Source: Phoronis australis
Taxonomy: Eukaryota > Animalia > Phoronida
Reading direction: 5' to 3'
DNA length: 64,000 nucleotides
Assembly (NCBI GenBank): GCA_002633005.1
Contig: NMRA01000461.1
Span: forward strand, 167,861-231,860
Part shown: piece after piece, positions 11,927 to 25,805 of the stretch
Numbering within the stretch: the stretch's first letter is position 1
Layout: every line of letters starts with the position of its first letter
Made by a program: the position numbers and the translations under genes
Notes under the pieces: model-generated
Told to the model about the DNA's origin: nothing
Databases searched by the model: none
Seen by the model: the letters and a program-made list of their open reading frames with translations, nothing else

Positions 11927-14900
11927 CTTTGAGATGATCTCGCGTCTACATGACTCTATATAAATACAGTGCGCCAAAACCACGTGGTCCTCGTGGTCTG
12001 TGACGTGTAACGCCATGGAGAACACCTGAAAATTGGTGGACGTAAGATGGAGATGCAGACAAATATACGCAAAGTAGTTATTATATAAAAAACACATTGG
12101 TAGGTAAAGTATTCGTATTTTGCGGCAAATAATGAGCATTAAGTGACCGTCCTATACCTGTGTCAGGAAAATGGAGGAACATCACGAGCTAAAATTTTAA
12201 AATCTATATCAAAATAAACGAACCCTGTGACGAACTTGAATTTGAATCAGGACTAGCATACCTTAGTCATACACTTCGGTATCAGTTGAACTAGAGGGAA
12301 AAATATTTATTATAATAATATGACCATAAGAAATTACATGTTATGCCTTTAAAAATACAACAATGTACGCTAAAACCCTGTATTTAATACGCTGTTGGAA
12401 AATTCGTTAGCGTCTATAATCAAACGCAATCCTGCAAGTATCACGAGTGAAACGCAAACAAAAACAGCCGGCATACTTAATGCGTTTTTTCTCTGACATG
12501 TTAAGTTTTTCGTTAAAGTTTCAACGCATACACGTACGCCTAGTCTCGTGCACCAGAAGCTCATCAAAATATCGCTCTTTTTAAATCAAAAATAAAATTA
12601 TCGAGAAGGGATAACAGAGGAATTGGAGAACATCAGGCCAGGGGACATCAGGGTGGGGGAATTGCCGCGAGAAATCCGGTTGGGGAACACAGGGCTAGTG
12701 GAGTACGACGACTGCGAACAACGAGACGATCCCTGAAGTGCTGCTCCAAAGGATCTAAGCATTTTCTGAATGGTCGACTAGCTAGAGTGGTGTTATGAAC
12801 TGGCAAATATAGGCTATCGTGGCAGGCTTCCAACGTCAATACACAACGATATGTGAAGATCCCCGACCAACGTTTAGCAAGAAAACGGGAGCGTGCAGAA
12901 AAGTTGAGATAGCTGACCGGTTGCGTACGTTATGTACTTCGGTTTTATATATTCTCTTGTAATGCATTGTCGAGAGGCATTTTGAACTTTCAACATCTCG
13001 CATTTGACAATAACTGTGTTTTTAAAAATTCTTCTTCTTAAAGTCAGGTAGGACTATAGAAAAAAATCCAAATCTTAACATTTTCATGACGTCATATCTG
13101 AGAGAGGGCTAATCAGGCTCGCGGGAAACATTCAGACGATAGTCTGCTGTTCTAGTAATCTACAATAGTTGTTAGAAGTTGTAAACATTTGAAGTCTTGA
13201 CAGCTCGCCTTCTGTTGGCCACATAACGTGACCTAATGAAAAAAGTCTTTAAGGTTTCTGTCCCCAACTGCACTTGAACTCAGGACCTTGTGCTGTCCGT
13301 GACAAAAAATTAAATGTTTGAAAAATATTTTCTACGCCGCATTGAGATTGACATGTTCGGGTACACTGTAAAACATTGTTTTCTAATTTCCATTTTGTAT
13401 GAGGGCCGTCAAAATTTGGCTTTCTTAAATGTAGGCGTGAAAACAAAAGCAAAGTGGCCACGTGATTGAACTAACCAACAGTAAATTGGTACAAAGTAAA
13501 ATGCTACAAATTTTGCAGTTTCAAATAGTGCATGCATACCAAGTTAAATTTTAAAGTTTTGCAGATATTGGGCTGAATAAATAGGCTTAACAAGAGAATC
13601 CTAAGTGAACTGAATGCCATAGATTAAGATTTATATATACTTTTTTCTGTTGTAAAATTATTAAAAAATATTGAACCAGGGAATTCTTCAATACATGGTT
13701 AATGGTTGCGCAGGCTACCCGTATGTCATTATATCATCATAATGTGTTGAGCCGACGGCGTGGAGTACTTCTGAGCCAATTAGAACCATTTGCCTTCTTG
13801 GCTTTTCCCAAAAGTGCTCACATGAAAAATTTTAGCAAAATCCCAATGCGGCAGATGTGTGATGTTTATTGAAACATTATTTCCGGTGAATTATCGCCTG
13901 CTCTTTAGCTTCCAGTGCGTTGGTTTCAGCTAGTTTCGCATGCACAGCACTACTCTCGTATCCAGGGTAGATTCAAATCTACTACTGTTATCGAATTCGC
14001 TTAATCAATTTCTGATTGCCGGATATGAACCTTTCTGAATAAAAAGGGTTCGTCTATTTTCATAAACAAGAAAACTGTCAACCAGAATCTTAAAACATAG
14101 AATTTACATCATATTCATCTGCACATGTAAGTTTGACACTAGTCTTGTCATAGGGCATATCCTTTCAGATGTGACCAGCGGAAGAGTAAATTACTTTTGG
14201 CTAGGGTGCCAGCGCAGCACAACCTGGGTTCGCAACCGGTGGGTCTATTACTCTGAGAAATGTACGCTTTTCCGCGGCAAAATTGTGCTTTATTTATTTT
14301 CACAAAAAAGACCAATGTTCAGAAATGAGTCGAGTTTAGCAGTGTCGATGCGCGATTGTCTGGTGAAGGTAACACGTGCAAACGTAGTCCTTGACATTAT
14401 CAGTATCAATAACACAGAGCCAGGGGAATTGTTGAAGTTCTATGTTAATTTAAAGTTCCTAATTGATTCTGGAACTTGATATTTTGTACTCATATTGTGT
14501 TTTGCGCAAAGATATCCTCAGGGCTTGCGTTGTAGTTTTTTTATTTTTACAACTCAACTTTATTTGCCGAGATTTGAAATAGCGATCTTTGGCCCGTATT
14601 CAGAAATATTTTAAATTAGTCGCAGCACATATCTTCATCCCAAACATGACGCATTTGTTTCGGTGGTTATTTCTTATTTCCAGTATGTGTTGGTATTCAA
14701 GATTGGTCTCAAATCCCTTATTCCCCACTTGTTTTACTATTCTGTGATAGTCATTCCTAGCTTTCGACTCACAGCTGTTTCTCGGCTAATTCACCGAAAT
14801 AACTACGTGCACATTTTTTCTTTGACTCAGTGGTAGTGTCTTTTCGTGACTGGAAGTTTAGATTCATACTTTGGATGGTTAATGTCAGTGATATCCTCCG

Positions 14901-15228
14901 CCTGATCGGATTCCAAGTCACTGGCCGAGATACATGTAGCAAGCTTTTTGTGTGTTTAGAACTGCAAAAATAATAGCAAGCCTAAAATTTCAACACACAT
15001 CTATGTTCTCCTGATTTGCATTCATGGACGATCAATTTGAATTTATTAGCGAAAAGACCCCAAACTCCCGCGACCGACCTAGGGGTAAATTGGACCACCG
15101 AACTTTGTAGGCTACGGCACGCTCAAACACTTAAAACTCCGTATCAGCAAAAAAAATATCACGTTTGATTAATAACTCGATGTTTTTGTAAAGGTTTTAC
15201 ATCAAATTGTGATAATATTTTTGTTTAA

Positions 15229-15436
15229 AACGATGAATGCAACCCATAATAAGACACCAGCAAGAGTGTTGTGAATTGCTGAACAGACTGCATTCAAACC
15301 TCTGACTTCATTGATTAATTTCAACACCTCCGACTGCCGCCAGGTGTCATGTAAAAATGGTGTACTTGTTAATATCGAGCGGAACTACTCTATCAATATT
15401 GATACAAACTAGGTTCTTTTTGGGTGGCATTCTCCT
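15229..15436. mobile_element. Short Kolobok-like non-autonomous element or isolated terminus
   Basis: Right end GGGTGGCATTCTCCT|TTAA is the exact reverse complement of the TTAA|AGGAGAATGCCACCC terminus at 19523-19541. Degenerate left end TTAA|AACGATGAATGCAACCC at 15225. Confidence 0.5.
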
Positions 15437-18400
15437 TTAAGAACACGTATTGGCTGTGGCCATGAAACTGGAGGCATAGGATGTCAACTCCCGCGCTTGA
15501 GCCATGCATTTTAGTATTCTAGTGTTAAAGCTTGTGTCCCCGAGACTTCCTGGGACTGGACGCGATAGTTCCCCATATGAATTTAGTCCGCTAGACTGAG
15601 TTTTGATTGAGTGTTGTATTATCGAACCAAGCCTAAGTCGTATTGCTTCGATTTCATTTTGTCCTTGTTCATAATCATCACGCAAACCTCTTGATGGGCG
15701 ATTCCTGACCACCATCGGGTTTTCGGTCAGGTTGGTCACCTTACAAACCTGTCATTTACTCTGGACATTCTTTACAGGCACCGACTAGTGGCCGTAGATG
15801 AATAGAATGCAAGGGATAGTCTGGCCTTTTCAGCTGCAGCCGTCAAGTTATAGCAGACAATTTATCAAACTACAACTCAGTTTTTAGTGTTAAAATTATT
15901 ATGCGCCTGAGTATTTGTTCTGCAATTGTATCTAAACATTTCACTAACACGCATGTTAAAACAACTTGGAAAAACTAGGCATGTATCTATTTGCATTTCA
16001 AAGTGAGTGTGAAATAGATGCATGTATACATTACCACTGTTTCTAAAATTACTTATTTTTTCAACGTTAACCTGTTGTCCAGACATAACGATAATTCAAT
16101 TTCTGAACATGTAATGGTATATACAGTCCGACAAAATAAAATAATATTGAAAAATTACCAATGTAAAGAATCCAGTCTAATACTTTGTGCTAACGACAGC
16201 GTGGGTTTTACGCGTTAACTGTCCCGCTCTTGGTGGATTGTTCAACTAAAAGAAAATAAATGAACCGTCCATTGGTTTTTGCGGCACCCGCAATTTCCCA
16301 TGCGAATGTAAAACTTCGTCGTGCGCTTTTGCGAGTTACGGGACCCTTGTTCCACAAAAAAATGCGGTCAGAACATTTTTCGTGTTGCGGCTAACATGTC
16401 TCTCTTGAGTATTTGTCGTGGACTCAGATGTCCTGCTTTTCGTTTGTTGTATTGATGTTTCAAACTTGAATATTGGCAACTATTCAACAGGTGTCGCAAA
16501 CGTCGTTTTTTTTTCCTGAGTCCACTTCCTTTTGTAATGTAACGATCGTGAATTGTACTCCAATGCCTGTTGTTTACGGCAACGCGACCTTCTTGCATCA
16601 ATACCATTACTATTCAATGTTTGGGCAAAAACGTTCATTTCCAAATGTCTCCGTAAGATCATATTTACATGTAAGCTGCATCCACTACAGTGTAGTACAA
16701 CGTTACACTGTACAATGTATACACTTTTCTATCCGTCAGAATTAATTACAGGTAGTCTATCGTTTTTTATAGATGTCATTCCGTCCTTAGTTTTAGTTGT
16801 ATTTAACCAGTCAATGTTTCACTAAATTTCTCAACCGTGAGGGAGCTATTTTCTAAAATGTTGTTCTTTATATGCAGTCTTTTTGCACCGATTTCGTTTT
16901 TGATTAAATAATTCATTTATAAAATTCATACCTCTCCGTTTTATTTTTATGATACTGTTGCACCCTAAAGCGTAACGGAGAAGACAAGCTAACTAGTTGT
17001 CTATTTAGATAATTAACTAGACAATTAACACATGGCTGGTTTAATTATTATGCGTAATTTGTTAACAGTCTTGGTTTTCAGAATTGACGATATGATTTAA
17101 CCGGTCATGCATACAAAACAAGAATAATTTATCAAATAAATTAGTTTCTCCTGGTATAACCGTACGCCATCAAAATATTATTAAGGGCTTTCCAATGAAA
17201 TGACCCTTATGCATATCGGTTGTAAAACAACGGAGTTGTGTATAGTCACAATGGAAGTAAAGAACGGAACACTTTCCCATTGGTCTTAAGTGTTAACATA
17301 TATTTCTCTTATTGTTGGTTGTAGGTAAATGATTTTGGTATTGTATTTATGCTCTTTTGTTGCTTTATCATCCGAATTTATTCGAAAAAAATTCTAGAAT
17401 TTCACAATTATGGCAATACGCCTAGAAGGATTTATCTTATGGTTATCATATAGGCAGTGGTAGAACCCACGACCGGCTTCCACTGAATTGACTGCAGTTG
17501 GTCCTATGTTGAGACCACAAAAACAATCCAAGATGTTGGTGGAATTTCCTTGAAGGAAGTTTATGGTGATAACAGTTATAAGCACACGTATTTTGTACGA
17601 AAGACAATTTTATTCTAATCCCTGCAGGATAGCATAAAACACGGCAACAAACGAATGGAAACAACTTCCACGCGTGCGTTGGCGAAACTTCAGCCACGCC
17701 TGATCGAAATTGGCATTCCTTTCATAGAGTTCTAAGTGGTGACTGATTACGAGACTTTGCGTGATACGTTTACTGCCGGAAAATGCCGCTGTTGTCTGAT
17801 GTCTTCTTGAAATTGCGGGGATGATTCAGAGAGAAAAAGAAAAAATATCGACTTGGCTTAAACATATCGTAGATCTCTCACGATACGCCTCCTTTCGGAA
17901 AAAAAACAATACGTGTGTTTATCGGGAAGTGCTCGCTTGTGCAATCGTGACACTTCCCTTGTTATGTCAAGATGAAATTGTGAATGTTCAGAAAACAGGT
18001 TTTAATACTAATAATCATAAATCAAGTATCGTGCTGGGCGATACAGGTGGGTGCGTTACGGCAGGGTCGGACATGCAATAATTACGTACTTTTCGTTAGA
18101 ACTGGGCAAACATTTTACGTTCAAAAAAGCAAAAACGTTGTATTTTTACGAGCAATCCGAATACAGTGAATGGATAATGCTGAAACCTGTATGAAAGCCT
18201 TACAACAAAACGGTATGTACCGCGTTGTAATATAAATATCCTCACCTTAGGACAGCAGGTTACAGTGTATGTATTCCATGTATTCGTAAATGGACTTCAA
18301 ATTTCAAACTAAATCTATTGCCAAGAATTTAGTATACTGTATCTTTGCCAAAAATCTAAAGTAAGGCAATTTCATGCAAGTATCACTGAGAGTAAGATGT

Positions 18401-19526
18401 GTGGAGTAAGATGCGCAGTGTGCATGGTAAGGCTTCGCTGACTCGGATTATCGAGAGAAAATGAGCCTCAGTGAGGCCATCTTTAACGAATATCAGCACC
18501 CTATTCGAAATGGACTGTGCGAACTTTCATCGGAGCATATGACCAGGGCGGCAGCTGATGAATGCATACCCGTGCACTTGTAACTCATAATGTTGCACAA
18601 TCAGATGTGCACCATAGTAGTTTTACTTGCGACTGGCATTGTCAACAACGAGTAGATCATTTTCAAACAGGCAGGTCAGTTCAATTTACTGAAATTTTCT
18701 GACAAGAAGTGTCCTGCATGTATTTCTTGTTTGGTTGTCGTAAACCTCTCCATCCATTCTGGGTGCATACGTTGCGAACTGCCAACTCGTTTTCCACGAT
18801 TTTGTCAATGTAACTACTATTGCCGAAAGGTTTGTTGCTGCCGAAGATATTGACTATAAGAGTTTGTGAAACAGATTGCCTTGGTCGAGTTTTGAGGCTC
18901 CTGGACATGACCTACCTTAAAGAAAAACAAAATAAATCAGAGCAATACTTAAAAACATTTTTAGTCCACTCTTTGCATGTTTCTGTTATTTCTTCTATAC
19001 TCGTATTTTGCCCAATATGTTTCGCGGAATAAATTCGTGAGGGACAGGATATGCGAGTGTTGTCGCTCAACCTGTTTGTAAAACACGTCCAACGTGTTGA
19101 CGACATTTATGCTCGAGTTTTGTGAATTTCAGAGCTTGTTTTATAAATGTATTCTTCCTTACACGAAAGCTGATCTGCCGTGGACTGCAAGGCAAGACAA
19201 GTACAACAGGGATACGGGAAACTGGAAATCTTCCAGACGTTTTCGTGCTTATTTGGTGCTTCCTTGTTGGTAAATATCGGTTATTTAACACTCACTAACA
19301 ACAGGTCCATAATAGCAGTAGACATATGCATCAACACAGACAGGTAGAGGCACAAGTGCAGCAGTAACAACATCATTTAACAACATCAACAGCAGCGACA
19401 ACAACAGCAATGTACGAAACAACCATAACAACAAGTATTGCTACATACAGAGTAGGTACTCTTTGCAGTTAGGCTACACTCATAAAGACGATACTGTAGT
19501 GAAAGTCATAATAGTGATACATTTAA

Positions 19527-20111
19527 AGGAGAATGCCACCCGATTTAATGAGTCTCTTTTACCGTCTTAATCGGTCTATATATACATCGCCTCTTATACG
19601 GTCGACCTCACCTTGCCGAGAGGTGTCACGTTAACATGTAAGGAAGGTAAGAAACGACGCAGCGACGTCAGTGGTTCGTGTGCAGAGTGAATGCCGCTAT
19701 ATCGCAGTGCATTGGTTTCTGTTTGTCCGAACAATGAAGCTGCGAAGGAAGCGGGCATATCGTTTTTCCGACTTTCTCGAGAGCCCGAAATGCTTAGGAA
19801 GTGGCTCGTGGTAGTGAAGAATGAAAGGTACACTGTATGCTGTTAGTTGCAAGTATGAGGCCGTGAAACATCTCCGTGTCTGTGGTCGGCATTTCGTCGA
19901 CAGTGATTTCTCTGACGAATTCCGGCTTACCAAAGAACTATCCATACGTTTCCGTTGCCTGTGCATGTTGACGGCGCCTCTCTAGTATTTGTTGATCAGT
20001 GTATTCCGCTTCGAATTGATAGCTGTGAAACCTACCGATCCGATCCGTGAAGTCTTCTTCGGATGAGCTCTTGACTAACTAAGTCGGGATTGGCGCCGGG
20101 CGAGTTGCCAT
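19527..20111 (+). mobile_element. Internally deleted Kolobok-type element: THAP 5' end (+) abutting KolX 5' end (-)
   Basis: TTAA|AGGAGAATGCC terminus. From ATG 19691 the frameshifted THAP reads MPLY..VCPNNEAAKEAGISFFRLSREPEMLRKWLVVVKNE / KYEAVKHLRVCGRHFVDSDF. The minus strand 20075-19958 reads SSSEEDFTDRIGRFHSYQFEAEYTDQQILERRRQHAQA (YQFE.EY motif). Right TIR not seen. Confidence 0.7.
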
Positions 20112-20566
20112 GTAGACGTTTCTTATTCTGCGTTCTGTTCCAAAATGAATTATTCTCATCCTAACCAATGCTTATAAAAAACTGGAACTATGTCTGTCTC
20201 ATTAGATACAATTTGTATTGCCTTTGCAGTATTTGTGAGAGCAAATGTTGAGAAGCCGGTAATGAATAAACCACTGCGTTAATTACCGGGTTCTGATGCC
20301 GGCAATGACCGGACCCCGAGGCCCTGTGAGCGCATGCTAATTTAATGTTTGCTAACAGAAAGCTGTTGTGAAACGATTACTCGATTTAATATCTATGGTT
20401 ACGTGTTAGGGGAATCTTTATTCAGAAATACAAATACATCATTCGAATCATTGTTACTGTACAAGCTGTCTGTGGAAGGGGAACCCGACTTTGCGGCAAC
20501 CGACAATTAGTAAGTAGGCCTAGATTTTCATTTTCGTGGCTAAATCCCATTGTTTTTTTGGCTCAC

Positions 20567-20763
20567 TAATATAGTCTTTTCCTGACTGTCGGTTTAGTTT
20601 CCAACTCAAGCTGGTTTGTGTTCGTGCCCGGCGCCAGCGACGGGCAGGACTGATCGGGTTCCGAGCCACTGGCCGGGTTAAGAATTAAAACTATTTGCAA
20701 AATTACTAATAGAAACAACGTTGTACCGGGTGAGACAATAAATTGCCTTGGCTTTAAAAGCAT
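20567..20763 (-). CDS. Candidate signal-peptide first exon of a secreted protein
   Basis: MLLKPRQFIVSPGTTLFLLVILQIVLILNPASG-SEPD has n-region, hydrophobic core and ASG cleavage motif. Possible donors GTCAGG (phase 0) or GTGAGC (phase 2). Confidence 0.45.
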
Positions 20764-21169
20764 AAAGTTATCGAACCTGGCAAGAAAATTCGATCATTTT
20801 TCAAATCACGCATTATATTCACACGTGTACCGGATCGGCTTAATAAACTTCCAATCTAACGTCCAATTATCCAAAAGTTGAGAACATATGCAAAACTCAG
20901 GGTTAGTTCACGGCGGTCAATGCAGGAAGCGAGTCAAGAATTGCAAAAATGAAAAGCTTTTGTTTGCCGCAACCATATACCGTAGGGCCCTGGCCCAAAT
21001 GTTATATAATACTTTAATGTGATCTTCCGAAAGAATAAATTGCCATGGTTAACAGAATATGATCGGTACTATAAACAGTAGCATTTAGCAGTGTGCAACT
21101 TGTATCTTCACATGTACTGTGGGCATGTAAAGACAATATTTTGTTACTCTAGTCCAAAGTATGAAAGAT

Positions 21170-21266
21170 GCCGACAGGTAGTAATCGAACCCACGACGAC
21201 CGAAATAAGATCACACTTAGTTTCATCCACGGCAGACTTTAGTGGACTCGACCAGTTGAACACCTG
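21170..21266 (-). repeat. tRNA-derived SINE head or tRNA pseudogene (degenerate)
   Basis: Minus strand has an A-box-like TGGTCGAGT and a B-box-like GGTTCGATTAC at tRNA-like spacing. No clean cloverleaf seen. Confidence 0.35.
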
Positions 21267-22536
21267 TACATTTTACACCGATTAGTATCAAAATTGGTAT
21301 GTACATGTAACTTTCGAAGTACTGATTTATTCTAATTCTAAGCCGTAATCGACAGTCCCTTCAGAACGCATTGAAACAATCTCATTAAAATAAATTACCT
21401 CACTAGTAGATAACATTTTGACATTTTTTTCTGATAGGCAGTATCGGAATTAACTGACTGTGTGCACAAAGGTCAAACCGCAAGGCATTATTTATGGTTG
21501 ACACTCAACAGTTTTGATCAACGTTTTAATAAAACAAAAGATGAAAATATGCAGACGTACGGTTAGAATGATCCCATGCAGGTGTACTTACGAAAAATCT
21601 ACGTTACGACGTTCCCTGTTAAGTGATTTTACCAGAGGTAGAATGTTGTGAGCGTGATTAGACGGACCACAAGTGAATACATTCAAACCCAGAGAAAATC
21701 GGTACTTTCGAAAAGAACAGATTATCGTCACTTCGGTTGTATTTGGGCAGCGTTTTTGGCGATTCAAACACTAAATATGAAGAAGAATTCAGAAATGCTA
21801 TTGTTTTATGTTCAACTTTGTTATAACTTAACTTTTATTTTTAACAGCGCAGCCCGGTCAGATTAGAACAGTTACCGCAAAAAAGAAAGCTGGCCCTCCA
21901 ACCGTAAATGCCATATTGGAGTAAATCAGTCGTGTATTGGCTACAGGGGTCATCTTCCCACTTGTTGCTTTGCTAAAGAATCGAACAAGTTGGGATCAAC
22001 GGAAAAACGCAGTAGTAGTTTAAGTAACAGAGAGAAAGTTTCATTGTTTTTTATGTAGGCCGGGGTTTGCAGGGTTTTCAACTCTGCTTATGCGACATAC
22101 TGTAAATCATGGCTGTTTTGATTGTGATGAAGTAATGAACTGAAATTGTGCCCAAAATCTGAGAGTAGAAAGCACCTTGATAGAAGATACTGAAACGCCA
22201 AGAACTAGAAAATAGACATTTTACTCCGAAACGAACACTTAATGTCCTAAATTCTGGACACAAGTGACGGATTTTAGTATGAATCAAAATAAAGGTTATT
22301 TAGACATGATCCTTCATGGTTATCCGTTTTCACTGAGAATGTTAATTATTCATTAACTTATGGAGGCACTCGTGCATTGTTTCTGAAGCTTTTGTTAAAA
22401 ATGATACCAAACCCGGTTTTGGTCAGGTATTAGTAACAGTGTTCCCTTGCAATTCTCTGCAGGAAACTAAAGCTCTGTAACCCTCAACAAACCTCAAAGG
22501 AAAATTGGAAGACTCCATTCAAAGTCTGCTAAACGG

Positions 22537-23757
22537 CCAAGCGAGACCAAAATCTCTGATCTCAAAACCGTTAAAACAGGTGTTCCCAGGAGTCTATACT
22601 GGGGCCCTTGGTATTTTGCATCTTTGTCAATGATCTCTCCTCAGTAATTCAAAATTCTAAAATTGTTCTCTATGCGGATGACACAACAATACTGTCTGCA
22701 GGCAGAACCTCATCTGAAATGCAGGCCAATCTCAACTCTGATTTAACAATCATTTCAGATTGGTTTGTATCCAATAAAGTATCCTTAAATGTCTCTAAAA
22801 CCAAAACTCTTATATATAGCACATTCTAAAGACTTAGAAACCCTGTCATTAACTTTGGATGGAAGACCAATTGAGAACGTCATTCCCTTTAAATATCTGG
22901 GACTTACATATGATCAAAATCTTAAATTCTCTCTCCACGTTGATTATATCTTGAAAAAGGTGTCTAAGAAAATTGGCCTATTGGAATGCTATCATTCAAC
23001 CTCACCTAGATTATTGCCTCCCGGTGTGGTGTGTTGCATCAGGCAAGGATATGAAAACCGCCCAGGTTATCCAAAATAGGGCTGCTCGGACTATTCAGGG
23101 AGCTGGTGTTAGAGATATTAACATCGAAAACCTTCATAAAGAGACTGGTATAATGAAAATTCACACAAGACCTCAAACGCTATCTGCGTGTTGTATGCAC
23201 AAATGTTTTAAAGGTCATGTCCCATTTTACTTATGTGCTAAGTTTTAGATGACTACTAATCGCTACAATACTAGGTCCCCATCATCACCTGATTTCAATC
23301 TTTCTAAACGCAGAAGCGAAACTGGAAAAAATCATTTTCCTACAGCAGGCCCTTTTTATGGAACGCTCTCCCCGCAGATGCCAAATCTACATCATCCTTT
23401 CTAACCTTTAAAATATAGATTTAACTTCATGTAGTGCATGTTTATTTATTTATTATTTATATAATGTCTTACTTTAATTACGTATTTATTGTATATGTTT
23501 TTAGTTAATTATCTTGTTTTAATTTCTTTCTATTCTATTAATCATATTTTATTTTTTTGATTTTGCTTGATCAGTCTTTGCGTGTAAATTTCTTATTCTT
23601 TGCTTATTACTAAAAATTTGTCTCTCAGTTTGTAATTCTGTTTTTGTCTTACTATTTGTTTGTTTTTTACTGATGGCCCCCATGGAAAGCAGTGCGAACT
23701 GATGGGGCTACCCTCAATATAAATATAAAATTAATAAATGAATAATAAATAAATTCT
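22537..23757 (+). mobile_element. 5'-truncated non-LTR retrotransposon (CR1/L2 group), RT pseudogene
   Basis: Frameshifted RT: KTGVP.GSILGPL, IFVNDL, YADDT, LNVSKTK, FKYLG, PHLDYC..VW, QNRAAR, WNALP. AT-rich 3' UTR, CCCCATGGAAAGCAG 3' motif and AATAAA-rich tail. Confidence 0.92.
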
Positions 23758-25805
23758 TTAAGTGAATTACGCTGCAACTGGGGGAAAGCCGCACCCACCA
23801 AGATCAATAACACGCGATCTGTGACGAAGTAATACGAGTTTTTAATTAATTCTAATGCTGGTGACACACAATGTTGTCTGAAGACATCAAAACACGGTTC
23901 ATTGTAATTTTACGCGTAATTTGTAATTTTATTTTGGAGAGTTTAGACTTCGGTGCACGGTACAAAATGCACTTAACAGGTCGGTTAAATGAAATATTTA
24001 CACTTTTGCGACAACAGCCAAAGACATAACTTTTTCGGGGCAAATACTTTTCGACCTACTTTTCCCGTCTACATGCTTTGGTCGTCGTTTCTGTTGTTGT
24101 CCGTCCCAATCCGACTCCATTATAATGTCGTGTGGAGAAAGGCGTGAGGAAGACACATTTACGCAGACACTCATTTATTGCAGACTGGCTAAACACTATA
24201 GAACTTATTTCTGTCAAAACAGACAGCAAAGAATACAAAAATATGACAGTAATTACTACTCACTATTCATACACTTGACATGCCAGTAGAAGACCGACAT
24301 AGTGGTATAAGTACTTCAATAAATAAACAAATTAATATGCCTGACCCCTTAGAAAAATAAATAAAGGGGTGCTACATGTACATATCTACTTAGATCAGCG
24401 TGTGTCAGAAATTGGTTGTGGGTTTAGTTTAATAGGTAAATGAAGTTATGCTTTTGATTTTGGGTGGATGGAAAAAGAGAATTATTAAATCAAGTAATTA
24501 ACTTATTATCTGATAACCACTAATTAATGAAACTGAAACTTGATGTTAATTAAGTACACTAACTACCTTAGCGCCCTTTGTTGGGATACCTTCTATAAAT
24601 TGACAGTAAATAACTAAACGTCTTATGTACACTAGTCTTGTTGGTCGATCGTCGTACTAAAACACGATGTAGTGTAACAGTGTACTTGTTGGTCACCGTC
24701 ATTCACCACCCAGTCAAGTCTTCGGTATCGCTCTAGCCACGGTGCACTACGCTGGCCACAGTCTTTCGTGACATGACGGCACGTGTAGCCTTTATCTACC
24801 CACAATTCTCTTATTGCAGGGTTTTCCCTGCCAGGGCACACCACAGGGGAGACGAGTCCTACCGCACGTCCTTCGTAAGAGTGATAAAAAACAAAAGTTT
24901 TTAGCATTTCCAAGTGGAAAACACTACTGGTGATAAGTGAATGAATAAGTGATGCTACAGATTTTCAATCGGTTAATTCACATCTCAAAAAATCCACGAA
25001 CACAAAAATATGACAAAAAAGACCAAATTCGACAGTTTTCTACCCAAAATTAACACTTCCCTAAAAGTGTTAGGAAATATCTAGCAGCAGGTTAAGAATA
25101 CCTGTTCTATCTACATTTTGAGAATTTGGTCACAGTACTCTCCTTACCGGATACATTTTTGTCAAATTTTGATCTGTTTTACAGCACCCTGAAGTCCTAC
25201 CCGGTTACTCATACAGCAGGCGACAGGGGTTGAAAGCAATCGAAAGCCACCAGTTTTCATCAAATTTACTTCACGGCTAAAAGCTTGGCTTTTCTCATTC
25301 AAAAGCACAAGCAATCCAGTTTCATGGCAATTGTTTTCAACAGAGTCCTCAAACATGCCGCAAAACCCGACACAATCACTTTACATGTGTTTAAATTCTA
25401 GGAAATGTCCCGTTGCTGTAGCCTAAGTCTTCAGTGTTACCTGACACTTGCGCTTACCAAGATCCTGCTTAGAATCTTCCACGAGATGGCTCTGTTGTAC
25501 TATTTCTTCAGTAAAGTCCTATAGCTTCGACTACAAAATTCCATCCGACTATTTTCCAGACTTCTTCCTAAATTATATTAATGCAATTACTTAACGATTG
25601 TCTAATAACAAACACATGATCTTATCTATATAATTGGCTGTTACGATCTGATCTGAAAATCGTCTAGAATCTGCACAGTGCATTGATCCTAGGAACAAAG
25701 AAGTAAACAACATAGAAAAATACATGTTTATATCAAAAGTATATGTAAACAAATTTGACTCCGTGGTTTTAAAAGTACAAACACACAATATTGGGTAACG
25801 TTAAC

